Positions 48,333 to 57,909 of a stretch of 64,000 bases of DNA are shown piece after piece. A program made the translations under genes and the position numbers. This DNA is from Candidatus Thorarchaeota archaeon (GTDB lineage: Archaea > Asgardarchaeota > Thorarchaeia > Thorarchaeales > Thorarchaeaceae), in the NCBI GenBank assembly GCA_011364985.1, contig RDOC01000001.1:96001-160000 (forward strand), in the 5' to 3' direction. Numbering within the stretch: position 1 is the first letter of the stretch; each line of letters starts with the position of its first letter. The notes beneath the pieces are model-generated. The model saw only the letters and a program-made list of their open reading frames with translations, made no database searches and was not told the origin of the DNA.

Positions 48333-49775
48333 TCAAGCTAAGCCAACAAGAAGATGCAGTAGGTCAACAAGCCACAGATAGACTGATTCCCCGTAGAACA
48401 CAAACAGAAGAAAAGCAGTCCATCCAAATACCGCATAGCCTGCGGATATCCATCTATTGCGGGTTCTTGAAAATTGCTTCTTTACAGATTTCATCTCCCT
48501 AACCCTTTGCTCGTAGAAGAGAGCCAGACCATTGTTCGTGATTGCGAGTGCATTTCCTTCTTGGTAGAGGAGGCCGCTTCTCTTTGCAATCTGGATGTGT
48601 TTGAATATGCCTTTTTTCTCAAGGTCCTTGAAGCCAAGCACTGCGTGGACATCAAAATAGCGAAAGCCGAGCTTTACGCCCCGCAGGAATCTCTTGGTTA
48701 GCTCTTCTTCTGTCATTGGTTCCCTAGCTAGCTGTGCCAGTATCCAGTGAGTGATCAGGTCGTCATATTGGTCACTAGCGGCGAGGTGAATTGTGTCCAC
48801 GCTGAGCTCGCTACCAGCCTGAATCAGCTCCCGCAGTGCTTCAATCCCTTCCCAGACAACAATCAGGGCTATGAGAATAGCCACAATTGAATCAACAACA
48901 TAGATTCCAATCTCGGCAAATAGCAGTCCGACTAAAACGCCAACGCCAATTTTAATGTGCGAACCATCCTCCTTGGCATCACTAACCAAAGCGAGATTCC
49001 CGGTCATCCGTCCAACTAGAGTTTTGATATAAATTAACATCAGATTCAGCAATATAGAGAGAACTGCTACTACGTAGCCCCAATAACTAGTTGTTATTAC
49101 TTCCTCTGATAAGAGGCTAATGAAGGCATTGAACCCAAGTAGAGTTCCTGAGATTAGCATAAACAGCATTATTGTAATTGCACCAAAACGATCCTTGTTG
49201 TATTTTAGACTAAGTGCAATTATACCAACAACGATTAGGTCAGTCAGGTTCTCAAATCCATCTGTAATCAATGCATGGCTGGAAATACTAAAGCCAACCC
49301 AGAGCTTCACGATGACTAGAAAAATAAGGAATAGCGCAGACATCAAGACAGCATTCCGCTCAGTTAGGAATCGCTTCATCCAATAGCTCTGATGCAATAG
49401 GTGTCTCCTTGCGGTATGAAGCAAATCCATGCCTTTTGGAGTGAGTGTGAACCGCCCTTCGTTTTGTTCTATTAATTCTTCATTTGCTCCATGCTGTAGA
49501 GCAACATCGATGTCAATTGGCGAGATTGACAATCGCCCGAGTCTCATGACAAACATCACATCCAATTGGTCATAGAGAGCGGGACGTGTGTCATGACCCT
49601 CATAGATTGAGCACAAAACAGCATAGACTAGAGTTTCAGCAGGTTCTCCTCGCAAGGTCTGCTTCAACTGACGCTCCTTTTGAGGCGATCTTCGGCTACG
49701 TGTTTCTCTTCGAATCTCATCATCTGAGAAATTCCAGAGTTCATCTATGTTCTTAGTTGATGTCGATTCGGGCAA
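48333..49775 (-). CDS. Cation diffusion facilitator TM domain flanked by winged-helix domains
   Basis: SHALITDGFENLTD, NLALVSDAKE, VDSIVAILIA; flanks end in FTLTPKG and LAITNNG. Confidence 0.75.
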   Translation of the reverse strand: MPESTSTKNIDELWNFSDDEIRRETRSRRSPQKERQLKQTLRGEPAETLVYAVLCSIYEGHDTRPALYDQLDVMFVMRLGRLSISPIDIDVALQHGANEELIEQNEGRFTLTPKGMDLLHTARRHLLHQSYWMKRFLTERNAVLMSALFLIFLVIVKLWVGFSISSHALITDGFENLTDLIVVGIIALSLKYNKDRFGAITIMLFMLISGTLLGFNAFISLLSEEVITTSYWGYVVAVLSILLNLMLIYIKTLVGRMTGNLALVSDAKEDGSHIKIGVGVLVGLLFAEIGIYVVDSIVAILIALIVVWEGIEALRELIQAGSELSVDTIHLAASDQYDDLITHWILAQLAREPMTEEELTKRFLRGVKLGFRYFDVHAVLGFKDLEKKGIFKHIQIAKRSGLLYQEGNALAITNNGLALFYEQRVREMKSVKKQFSRTRNRWISAGYAVFGWTAFLLFVFYGESVYLWLVDLLHLLVGLA

Positions 49776-49866
49776 AAGGGCATCCTCAAACTTAGAGGCG
49801 TCTAACTTTTCTTATAAACTTGCGCTGAAGTAGAACTTAAGAGAAGATTATACTTCACTTTACTCA

Positions 49867-50679
49867 ATGTTCGAGTCCAAGATATTTGATATTGGAAGAC
49901 CACTTATAATGGCACATCGAGGAGACCCCAGTAGTGCACCCGAGAACACCCTACTGGCCATGCAATTCGCTGTAGATGCAGGAGCAGATGTGCTTGAAAC
50001 AGACCTTCAACTGACGGCCGACAAGGAATTCGTTTTGTTCCATGATGAAGACCTCCGTCGAATCGCAGGCATGGATGTATCTGTGAACGACTTAACCCTA
50101 GAGGAGCTTCGAGAAGTGGATTTTGGGTATAATTTCACTTTGGATAACGGACACAGCTTCCCCTTTCGTGGTCAAGGTCATACTGCAGTGACTCTTCGAG
50201 AAGCACTCGAGGCGTTTCCCAATTCTCGTTTCAGTCTTGACATAAGGGATTTGGGCTCTGACGCGCCTCAGATGTTTGCTTCAATTCTCAAGGAGCTAGA
50301 AAGAGAAGACTCTGTCATTGTCGCTTCCTTCACCCCAACGCAGCTGGAGCGCTTCAGAAAGATCATGCCTTCAGTTCCCACGTATGCGCACCCCAAAGAG
50401 GTCAGGAATTTCGTTTATGGAATGAAGCTGAGATTGCTGCCTTTGTTCTTAAGAAATATCAGATACCGTGCATTTGCAGTTCCCATTAAGTGGAACGGGA
50501 CAACAGTTGTTAGTCCTCGTTTTGTCAGCAGTGCCCATAGAAGAAACATTGCTGTCCATGTATGGACAATAAACGACGCCCCAACAATGGAATGGCTTAT
50601 TGACCTTGACGTAGATGGAATCTTCACTGATAAACCTAGACTTCTAATAGAAACACTCTCCCGAAGAGGGTTGCTCTAG
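49867..50679 (+). CDS. Glycerophosphodiester phosphodiesterase
   Basis: AHRG..PENT, ETDLQLTAD..LFHD, VHVWTIN, VDGIFTD. Confidence 0.93.
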   Translation: MFESKIFDIGRPLIMAHRGDPSSAPENTLLAMQFAVDAGADVLETDLQLTADKEFVLFHDEDLRRIAGMDVSVNDLTLEELREVDFGYNFTLDNGHSFPFRGQGHTAVTLREALEAFPNSRFSLDIRDLGSDAPQMFASILKELEREDSVIVASFTPTQLERFRKIMPSVPTYAHPKEVRNFVYGMKLRLLPLFLRNIRYRAFAVPIKWNGTTVVSPRFVSSAHRRNIAVHVWTINDAPTMEWLIDLDVDGIFTDKPRLLIETLSRRGLL

Positions 50680-50812
50680 CAAAGCCATTCGCCTTATGAC
50701 TGCAAATTCTTGAAGAAAATAGCCGAAATAGCTTAATATGCAGCGAGAGAAAGCCCCCATTTGGTGGTTCTACCCATCACATATGTGAAGGGACTCGAAA
50801 TCGCTACGACCA

Positions 50813-50968
50813 ATGTTGGAGACCGAATTGATGACATGCCCAGAGTTCAATGCAGAAGAGAATAAGTGCGGAGTAGATGGCTTTCGTTTTTTTGAGGGTA
50901 TGGTCAAGCCTTGCGAGGCCCCCGGAATAACGAAGGAAAAATGCCCAAGGTTTGCCATGAAAGGCTGA
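50813..50968 (+). CDS. Small 4-Cys protein (51 aa), absent from the ORF track
   Basis: MLETELMTCPEFNAEENKCGVDG..KPCEAPGITKEKCPRF..; CPxF occurs at both ends. Confidence 0.45.
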   Translation: MLETELMTCPEFNAEENKCGVDGFRFFEGMVKPCEAPGITKEKCPRFAMKG

Positions 50969-51950
50969 CCCAAGCTTATTCTTCTGGAAAAAGAGAAAGA
51001 AGACTGGACTCAGTGTTGATACGCACTGAGTCTCAGTCCAATACTCACATTAGTTCTTCAGCCATCTTCAATAGCCTTTTCATCTGTGATTGCACATCAC
51101 ACAAGAAAACAAGCTACTGATGTGCAGCAGCCCACCTCTGAATATCCTCAAGAATCCTATTCACACCTTATTGATTCCACAAACTCGTTCTTTCTGCGTC
51201 TATCAAAATGCGTTCCCGAAACGATGAAACCAACGAATCTAAGGTGCTGGCGCAGATATCCAAGGCAAGAAGAAGTGGATTGCCTTCCTCTACGATATTG
51301 GAAACGGAGAAACGCTCCTAGAAGACGGCAGTTGATTGGGGAGTATAAACACCCTCATACTCACTTCCCTGTGGTGATGACTATTGAATATCGTTTCAAG
51401 GATTCTTATCTCCGAGCCTTGGTAGAAGAAAGTGGTTGGGATGCCAGAAGATACCACTATCATGGTCAATTCCAAGCTCGCTTCTCTTGGGCGACTAATC
51501 CAGAAGAAGCACAGCCTGCTCTACAACAACCTCATCTCGCATCTTTATTCGTATATGCTGGGACAAAGGAAGTCGGTATTAAGACAGTTTTTGATGCCCT
51601 TCACCAGAACTATCCAGCGTATTCATTATGACTCCGAATCATGATGTAGGAACTTAAGCGCTTATGAATTGGCCTAAGCGGCAGCCAAAAAAATGTGCCG
51701 AAAGTAAAGACGCCAACTCAAATCAGAGGGCTTTGACTTGAATAGCAAAGAAGAGTAATGCCGCGGGTGTGATTTGAATGTGCGTTTTATTTCTATTCTA
51801 CGAAGCTGTAGCTAATACAGGTCCATTTCATAAGCCTATATAAGTGGGCAAGGAAATGTTAATCATTCTCGTCAAAAATGTTCATGTTTTGATCTCAACT
51901 ACGTTTTGAATGAGAGAGAATAACTTTACAGATTACTTTTCGTAGCCTCG

Positions 51951-53210
51951 CTAGTTTTGAGTTTCGACATCGATTGTAGAGAATACAGTGCGAATGATAT
52001 ATGCCAGAAGTGCCACACAGAGAAGGATGAGCATGATGGTGCCTCCAGATGCAAGATTGAACCACACCACTTGATAGTTTACGGAAATCTGTAGTAGATT
52101 AATAACCACGACCTCAAGTGCAAAAAGCTCGCCAAGAGCAATCAGACCCTTGACCCGACCTATGAATCTGTCTTTTCTGACCATTCCTTTTCTAAGTGCC
52201 ATTGAAACCTCTTGTGGGTCTGAATCCACAAGATCTGAGATGGGCTCTCTCGAAGGTCCCATCATTAGAATGACGATCGCAAAAACCAAGGGTAGTGCCA
52301 AGATTATTGCGTTAACAAATAGCAAGTTAGGAGCGGGTAGTGGAGCGGAGAACGCTGCTATCGCCCCTAGTATGACCAGAAGAACTTGGACCTCTATCAT
52401 TAGGTCATGACGTTCTTTCTCCAGACTATCGAATCTTCCAGTGAAATATCCAATCCATAGGATTGGATTCTCGACCTGCTCTAACTTGGCAGTGCCTTCC
52501 TCGACTTCAGTAATCTGGCGTCTTGTCACCCCAAAAAACATGCAGAGCCCGAAAAATCCGAAGATCACGTTCAACCCAGAATAATAACCCACAAGTGATC
52601 GTTCATACTGGTCCAAATGAATTTCATTCTCTGAGTAGTAGACCATGTATGTGAAGTTCATACCGTTGAGCGGCGTAGGTGTGGGAAAGGTGTTATTCTG
52701 ATGGTCTGTGGAAAGGAGGGAAATATGAAAGGTGATAACATCAGTCGCTGTGTGTTCAGGAATTCTAACACTGTGGTGACTTGAGGAGCCGTATCCACTT
52801 GGATTTCCTGACGTAAGATTCAGTGACCACCCATCAATTGTCATATCGGGTGTTCCGTTGAGGACTAGGACCTCCATATAGCATATGTTCAGGTATCCCG
52901 GATACCCCCAGTTTGCTACTTCAATCTTGGCTTCGTGTTCCGAGGTTACTATGTTTGACTCTGTTTCTAAATAGCCCAAGGAGGGTATAACTGTCAAATT
53001 GACATTCTCACTCGTATAGGCAGGCAGGGGGCTGATTCCAATTTCCTCATTCAAGGTCGAATTGGTCCATGAAGGCATGATGAACCACCAGTAGCAGGAA
53101 TAGGACACCCAAAGGAGAACTGCAACAAGAAGAGCTGCCTTCTTCTTACTCTTGCGAATATTCGAGAGGGGTGCTTTCAGCCCATTTCTGACTCCATCCC
53201 TTCTGCTCAT
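51951..53210 (-). CDS. Membrane protein of unknown function
   Basis: N-terminal TM, extracellular domain with several NxS/T sequons, multi-TM C-terminus. Confidence 0.7.
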   Translation of the reverse strand: MSRRDGVRNGLKAPLSNIRKSKKKAALLVAVLLWVSYSCYWWFIMPSWTNSTLNEEIGISPLPAYTSENVNLTVIPSLGYLETESNIVTSEHEAKIEVANWGYPGYLNICYMEVLVLNGTPDMTIDGWSLNLTSGNPSGYGSSSHHSVRIPEHTATDVITFHISLLSTDHQNNTFPTPTPLNGMNFTYMVYYSENEIHLDQYERSLVGYYSGLNVIFGFFGLCMFFGVTRRQITEVEEGTAKLEQVENPILWIGYFTGRFDSLEKERHDLMIEVQVLLVILGAIAAFSAPLPAPNLLFVNAIILALPLVFAIVILMMGPSREPISDLVDSDPQEVSMALRKGMVRKDRFIGRVKGLIALGELFALEVVVINLLQISVNYQVVWFNLASGGTIMLILLCVALLAYIIRTVFSTIDVETQN

Positions 53211-53658
53211 CGGATCTAATTCCTCGTCGTGGACCTTGCCAAGTCTTAATCCGTTTTAATGCAATATAATCCTTTATGCAGAATATTTAGGAGTAAAGTT
53301 GCTACTTAGCATTGTTAATGGATCTCAGATCCACCAAAGAATTTGCCATATGCTGAACAGAATTTCATCGCTGATGCTCGGCTAGTCCCAGCAGAAGTGA
53401 ACAGCAGATTTCCAATGCGTTCCATGGTAACACACTTCAGACTCTTGTATCCTTGAATTGAGATTTCTCCAGTCCTGAATTATCTCATCTCTTTCTCGCT
53501 TTCCAGACTTCTTTGGTTGTTGGCCTTATTCCCCAGCTTTAGGTCCATAATTCCCCCTTAGAGCTTGGCCATCAAGCTCAATGAGCATTGTTCACTCTTA
53601 GGGAAACAAGGAGATTGGTAAGAGTTATCAATAGCGTGAATCTGTAATCGACTAGCAA

Positions 53659-53940
53659 TTGAGGAAGATGTCAATGGTCAAGGCATATGTTCTGATAAAG
53701 ACAATCGGTGGAAAAGAAGACGCCATCATTAGGGAGCTGCTAAAGCTCTCTGTCACCGAAGAGGCACACAAGGTCTTTGGACCTTATGACATTATCGTTG
53801 AAATCCGAGGGAGGGATATGGAGGCAATTGTTGACATCCTTCTGACAAAGATTAGACCCATTTCAGGCCTCATCGAAACTCAGTCGCTTCTTGTAATAGA
53901 TGCCGAACTCGACATGCTTTCGACGAACCTTGGAACCTAG
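53659..53940 (+). CDS. Lrp/AsnC ligand-binding (RAM) domain protein
   Basis: VKAYVLI..EAHKVFGPYDIIVEI..IRPISGLIETQSL. Confidence 0.88.
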   Translation: MRKMSMVKAYVLIKTIGGKEDAIIRELLKLSVTEEAHKVFGPYDIIVEIRGRDMEAIVDILLTKIRPISGLIETQSLLVIDAELDMLSTNLGT

Positions 53941-54080
53941 TTAGAAGCTCTGCAGTCTGAGTCCCTACTGGTTTATCTGAATATTTGTTAAAAAGGAGTA
54001 GAACCCCAAAATAAAGTGGGACCAATTAGTCAAAGGAGGAATTAGTCATTCCTAGTAAGACACTATCAAGAAACCCCTAC

Positions 54081-54812
54081 ATGTTGATGCTCATGGATGA
54101 CTCCGGCGAAGTTCAACCAGTGAAGCTCGATCCAGCACTAGTTACAAGTGACAATGCAATCATTGTTCTGGACGAGTATGGTGATACTTGTTGGGTGTTC
54201 ATTGGAAGAAATGTCAGCATGCCAACGAGAATGCATGCGCTTCGAATCGGAAAGAGCATGCAGAAATCCGGATATAAAATCGGGATTACTACAATCGGGT
54301 TGGCTTCCACAAATCTTGTCGAAATGCTCGAGAAGGATGACAGCGATCCAGATGTGGCTACAAGTATCAGCAGATTCAGAGAGCAAATATCGAGGCACTG
54401 GAACTTCGAAGACAAGTTCTTAGCAATAGATGCATCACTAGCCTCTTCGGCTCCTATGGGACCAATTGCAGGTGCACCAACTCCAAAGTCAGTGGTAAAG
54501 GAGACACCAGTAGTGACTGCAGAAACTGTCAAGAAGGAAACATCATCACTTCCAAAGGTCGCTCCGATAAGCCCTCTTAACGAGGTGGAAAGGAAGACAG
54601 CGTTCTTGCTGTATGCTGCAATTAAGAATTCGGACCTTATATATGTAGAACGCTTCTCACGAAATCGCAAAATGGGAGTGAAGATTGAAGCCCCCGGTGA
54701 GATGGTCATTGAAGCAGTTCAGGATGGACCCGTCCTGAAGATTGACCCTCCGGGCTTTGGTGACTCCGAAACTGCAGCCAAGACAAAAGAAGACTTCAAG
54801 TCCTGGGCATAG
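54081..54812 (+). CDS. Gelsolin-like domain, Pro/Thr-rich linker and unknown C-terminal domain
   Basis: LVTSDNAIIVLDE..CWVFIGRNVS..HALRIG; possible ATT start at 54048. Confidence 0.65.
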   Translation: MLMLMDDSGEVQPVKLDPALVTSDNAIIVLDEYGDTCWVFIGRNVSMPTRMHALRIGKSMQKSGYKIGITTIGLASTNLVEMLEKDDSDPDVATSISRFREQISRHWNFEDKFLAIDASLASSAPMGPIAGAPTPKSVVKETPVVTAETVKKETSSLPKVAPISPLNEVERKTAFLLYAAIKNSDLIYVERFSRNRKMGVKIEAPGEMVIEAVQDGPVLKIDPPGFGDSETAAKTKEDFKSWA

Positions 54813-54829
54813 CCAATCCAGTAGGCACC

Positions 54830-54855
54830 AGCTGGAGCATCGAACTGCTCCAGCT
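54830..54855. terminator. Hairpin between convergent genes
   Basis: AGCTGGAGCA-TCGAAC-TGCTCCAGCT, perfect 10-bp stem. Confidence 0.55.
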
Positions 54856-54867
54856 AAGCTGTTTTCT

Positions 54868-55626
54868 TTATTCGCCATCCAGTAGGCGATACCAATAATT
54901 GTAGAGAGTCTTGAACCCCAGAGATTTGTAGAAGGCGATTGCTGGCTTGTTTCTTGTTTCCACTTGAAGATATGCATTTGTCGACCCCAAGCTCTCTGCC
55001 CACATCGCAAGTCCGGAATTCAGATCTGCGCCAATCCCATGCCTTCTGTATTTCTTGTCGACAATCAATGCGAAAATACCTAACCAAGTATTCTCAACGA
55101 CACCCAAGCAGACTCCAACAATTTCATCATTGACTGAAAGAGATGCAAAGCCCTTTTGCAGAGGAATGCGATCCATGATTCCCCGTCGGATTTCAAGAGA
55201 CAAGCCGCTGTATTCGCCCAACCGACCGTAAGCAGCTATCCAATTGTCCTTTGGGGAGAAGTCTATCGTCACATCATGCCTCATCGAAGTAGCAATGATG
55301 TTGCTCAGAGAATTGATCTGAATGTGGACAGAGAGACCAATGGAAAAGCCGTCTTCATCCAGAATCTTGTCAAGTTCAGGGGGCCCACATGCAGGAGTCA
55401 TCTGAAAACGCGGAGTTATGTTCCTCTTCTGATAAAAATTAATCACATCAGTTATTGCTAATTCAACTTCAACGGAGGGAGAACCCAAGGGAAGTACACT
55501 ATTCGCTCGTCGCGTTATCCCATTATCAGCTCGCAAGAGCCAACCGCCAATTTTCCTCGTTTCTCTTGCAGGCCACGCATTAGCGGCAAGCGTTTCGAGC
55601 TTCATAATCTCGTTCAAGTCGGTCAT
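54868..55626 (-). CDS. GNAT acetyltransferase
   Basis: AWPA..GWLLRA..TRRANS; VDKKYRRHGIG, YLQV..NKPAIAFYKSLGF. Confidence 0.9.
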   Translation of the reverse strand: MTDLNEIMKLETLAANAWPARETRKIGGWLLRADNGITRRANSVLPLGSPSVEVELAITDVINFYQKRNITPRFQMTPACGPPELDKILDEDGFSIGLSVHIQINSLSNIIATSMRHDVTIDFSPKDNWIAAYGRLGEYSGLSLEIRRGIMDRIPLQKGFASLSVNDEIVGVCLGVVENTWLGIFALIVDKKYRRHGIGADLNSGLAMWAESLGSTNAYLQVETRNKPAIAFYKSLGFKTLYNYWYRLLDGE

Positions 55627-55744
55627 ATCAAACTCCCAATAAGACGGCTACTAATAGAAATTCTCATACTGCTCTCCCAGTCGTAAGGCTAGCTTCGGCA
55701 TCTTAATGTGCAAGTACAAAACTGGGAGAGAGAGAGGCTTAATA

Positions 55745-56683
55745 ATGGGTCGACTTCGATGGAACGAGATGCTGGGCGAATGGGTAATAATTGCACCAAG
55801 CAGATCAGACAGACCCTTCCAAGATGAAGAAAGAGTGTGTCCATTCTGTCCAGATAATGGAGAAACCTCCGGTAACTGGTGCGTCCTGACGCTTGACAAC
55901 AAGTACCCAGCACTAGAACCGAATCCAGAATACCCACCCATATTCAGTGATATAATCATCGAAACCGCTGCTCACGGGTACTGCAAGGTGATTGTCACCT
56001 CAAGAAACCATAACGAACAGCTTGAAGATATGAGTAAGAAGCAGGTCACACGAGTGCTTCAGGAATTCGCTCGAGTATTTCAGGAACTTGATGAGAAAGA
56101 GAACATCAAGTACGTCGCACAATTTGAGAATCGTGGAAAAGCAGTTGGTGTAAGCCTGAATCATCCTCACGCTCAGGTCTATGCCCTGCCCTTCATCCCT
56201 CCGAAGATTGAGCGCGAAGTTCAGCAGGTCAAGAAGACTTGGGAAACAGAGGAAAGATGCATTGTATGTGATGCCATAGAAAATGAGCGAAAAACCGGCA
56301 CAAGAATTATCAAGGAAACAGCCAACTACATCTCTTGTGTGCCCTTTGCAGCAAGATTGCCATATGAGGTGCATGTCTACCCAAGAATGCATGTTGCGAG
56401 TCTAGTAGAACTGGAAGAAAGCCTTGAAGAATTGGGTGAGATGCTTCAAGATGTGGCAAGAAGATATGCAGCCTTCTTCGAGGAAGTGGCATATGTAATG
56501 GTCTTCCATGCACGTCCCTCTAATGGTGACTATCCATTCTGGCACTTTCATATCGAATTCTACCCCCCTTGGAGGGACAAGTCGCAACGAAAGCACCTCG
56601 CGGGAATTGAGAAGGGAACTGGAACGTATACGAATGATTCGACTCCAGAGTGCAGTGCAAAGCAGCTTCGCGAGGCCATTTAG
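55745..56683 (+). CDS. galT: Galactose-1-phosphate uridylyltransferase
   Basis: RSDRP, CPFCP, NKYPAL, FENRG..GVSLNHPHAQ. Confidence 0.93.
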   Translation: MGRLRWNEMLGEWVIIAPSRSDRPFQDEERVCPFCPDNGETSGNWCVLTLDNKYPALEPNPEYPPIFSDIIIETAAHGYCKVIVTSRNHNEQLEDMSKKQVTRVLQEFARVFQELDEKENIKYVAQFENRGKAVGVSLNHPHAQVYALPFIPPKIEREVQQVKKTWETEERCIVCDAIENERKTGTRIIKETANYISCVPFAARLPYEVHVYPRMHVASLVELEESLEELGEMLQDVARRYAAFFEEVAYVMVFHARPSNGDYPFWHFHIEFYPPWRDKSQRKHLAGIEKGTGTYTNDSTPECSAKQLREAI

Positions 56684-57841
56684 ATGCAGATTCCTCAGAA
56701 CCTACGTGAAAAGATGGTTGACGTTTTTCAGGATTTCAGACGATCTCCAATGGCGGTTAGAGCTCCAGGGAGAATTGAAGTGCTTGGCAATCATACTGAC
56801 TACAACGGGGGAGATGTATTAGCCGCGACAATGGACCGGTATGTATGGAGCGTAGGAGTGCGTTCTAAAGAAGTAGAGATTCACTCGCTAGATCTTGGAG
56901 AACAAACTACGTTTCATCCAAATTTCATCACACCACGAAACGACCTAACGTGGAAGAGCTACGCGAAAGGAGTCTATTGGGCACTGGAACGGCGAAGACA
57001 TCAGGTCACTGGCACAACGGCAATCATTCATGGTAATGTCCCACAAGGAGCAGGACTCAGTTCTTCTGCGGCGTTTGAGATTTCCTTCGTCAACCTTGTC
57101 TTGGGACTGAGCGGCATAGAGCTCAATCCGAAATCTATTGCAATGCTGGCATTTGAGGCTGAAAGGATGTACTGCGGTGTTGCATGCGGCATCATGGACC
57201 AGTTCAGCGCACAGCTGGGCAAGCCTAATCATCTTCTGGCGATTCGCTGCTCAAATATGATCACTGGGGACGTCCCGTGGGATTCTAGACTGAAACTCGT
57301 AGTCGTTGACTCTAGAGTGTCAAGGGCAGCCAAGGATATCCTCAATCAGAGACGTTATGAATGCCAGCAGGGGCTGCATGAACTAGTTGAAGCAGGATGG
57401 GAGATATCAAATCTCAGTGAGATACAACCAGAGAAACTGCATCTTGTTGACGCATTGCTCGATTCGGTATTGGCGAGAAGAGTGAGGCATGTTGTACTTG
57501 AAAACCAGAGAGTCAGAAGGGGGGTCCAGGCGCTCAGAGAAGGTAGGGTTTCAGATTTCGGAAGAGAGATGTTCGAGTCCCATGCCAGTTCCAGAAACCT
57601 CTACGAAGTGTCACACCCGAAGCTTGACATCCTAGTCGACCTTGCAAGGAATATGAAAGGTGTTATAGGCAGTCGCCTAACAGGAGCAGGATTGGGTGGG
57701 GCCACTCTCACAGTAGTTGAAGACAAGTTCTCCCGATCCTTCATCCAGAACATAAGCCAGAATTATGAGTCAGCAACAGGGATTACTCCAGATATTATAG
57801 AAACGGGAATACCCGGGGGGGTTGCTAGTTCGTACATTTAG
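56684..57841 (+). CDS. galK: Galactokinase
   Basis: APGRIEVLGNHTDYNGG, PQGAGLSSSAA, CGIMDQ, SRLTGAGLGG. Confidence 0.93.
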   Translation: MQIPQNLREKMVDVFQDFRRSPMAVRAPGRIEVLGNHTDYNGGDVLAATMDRYVWSVGVRSKEVEIHSLDLGEQTTFHPNFITPRNDLTWKSYAKGVYWALERRRHQVTGTTAIIHGNVPQGAGLSSSAAFEISFVNLVLGLSGIELNPKSIAMLAFEAERMYCGVACGIMDQFSAQLGKPNHLLAIRCSNMITGDVPWDSRLKLVVVDSRVSRAAKDILNQRRYECQQGLHELVEAGWEISNLSEIQPEKLHLVDALLDSVLARRVRHVVLENQRVRRGVQALREGRVSDFGREMFESHASSRNLYEVSHPKLDILVDLARNMKGVIGSRLTGAGLGGATLTVVEDKFSRSFIQNISQNYESATGITPDIIETGIPGGVASSYI

Positions 57842-57909
57842 GACAATTCGAACTATTCATATGGCGCATAGACGTTTTGCTGTTCCAACTCCTTTCGATG
57901 TGACCGACC

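Noticed and set aside
51086-51644. ORFs in the 51.1-51.6 kb region
   Set aside because: No recognisable motifs; coding-like stretches switch frames, so probably decayed sequence
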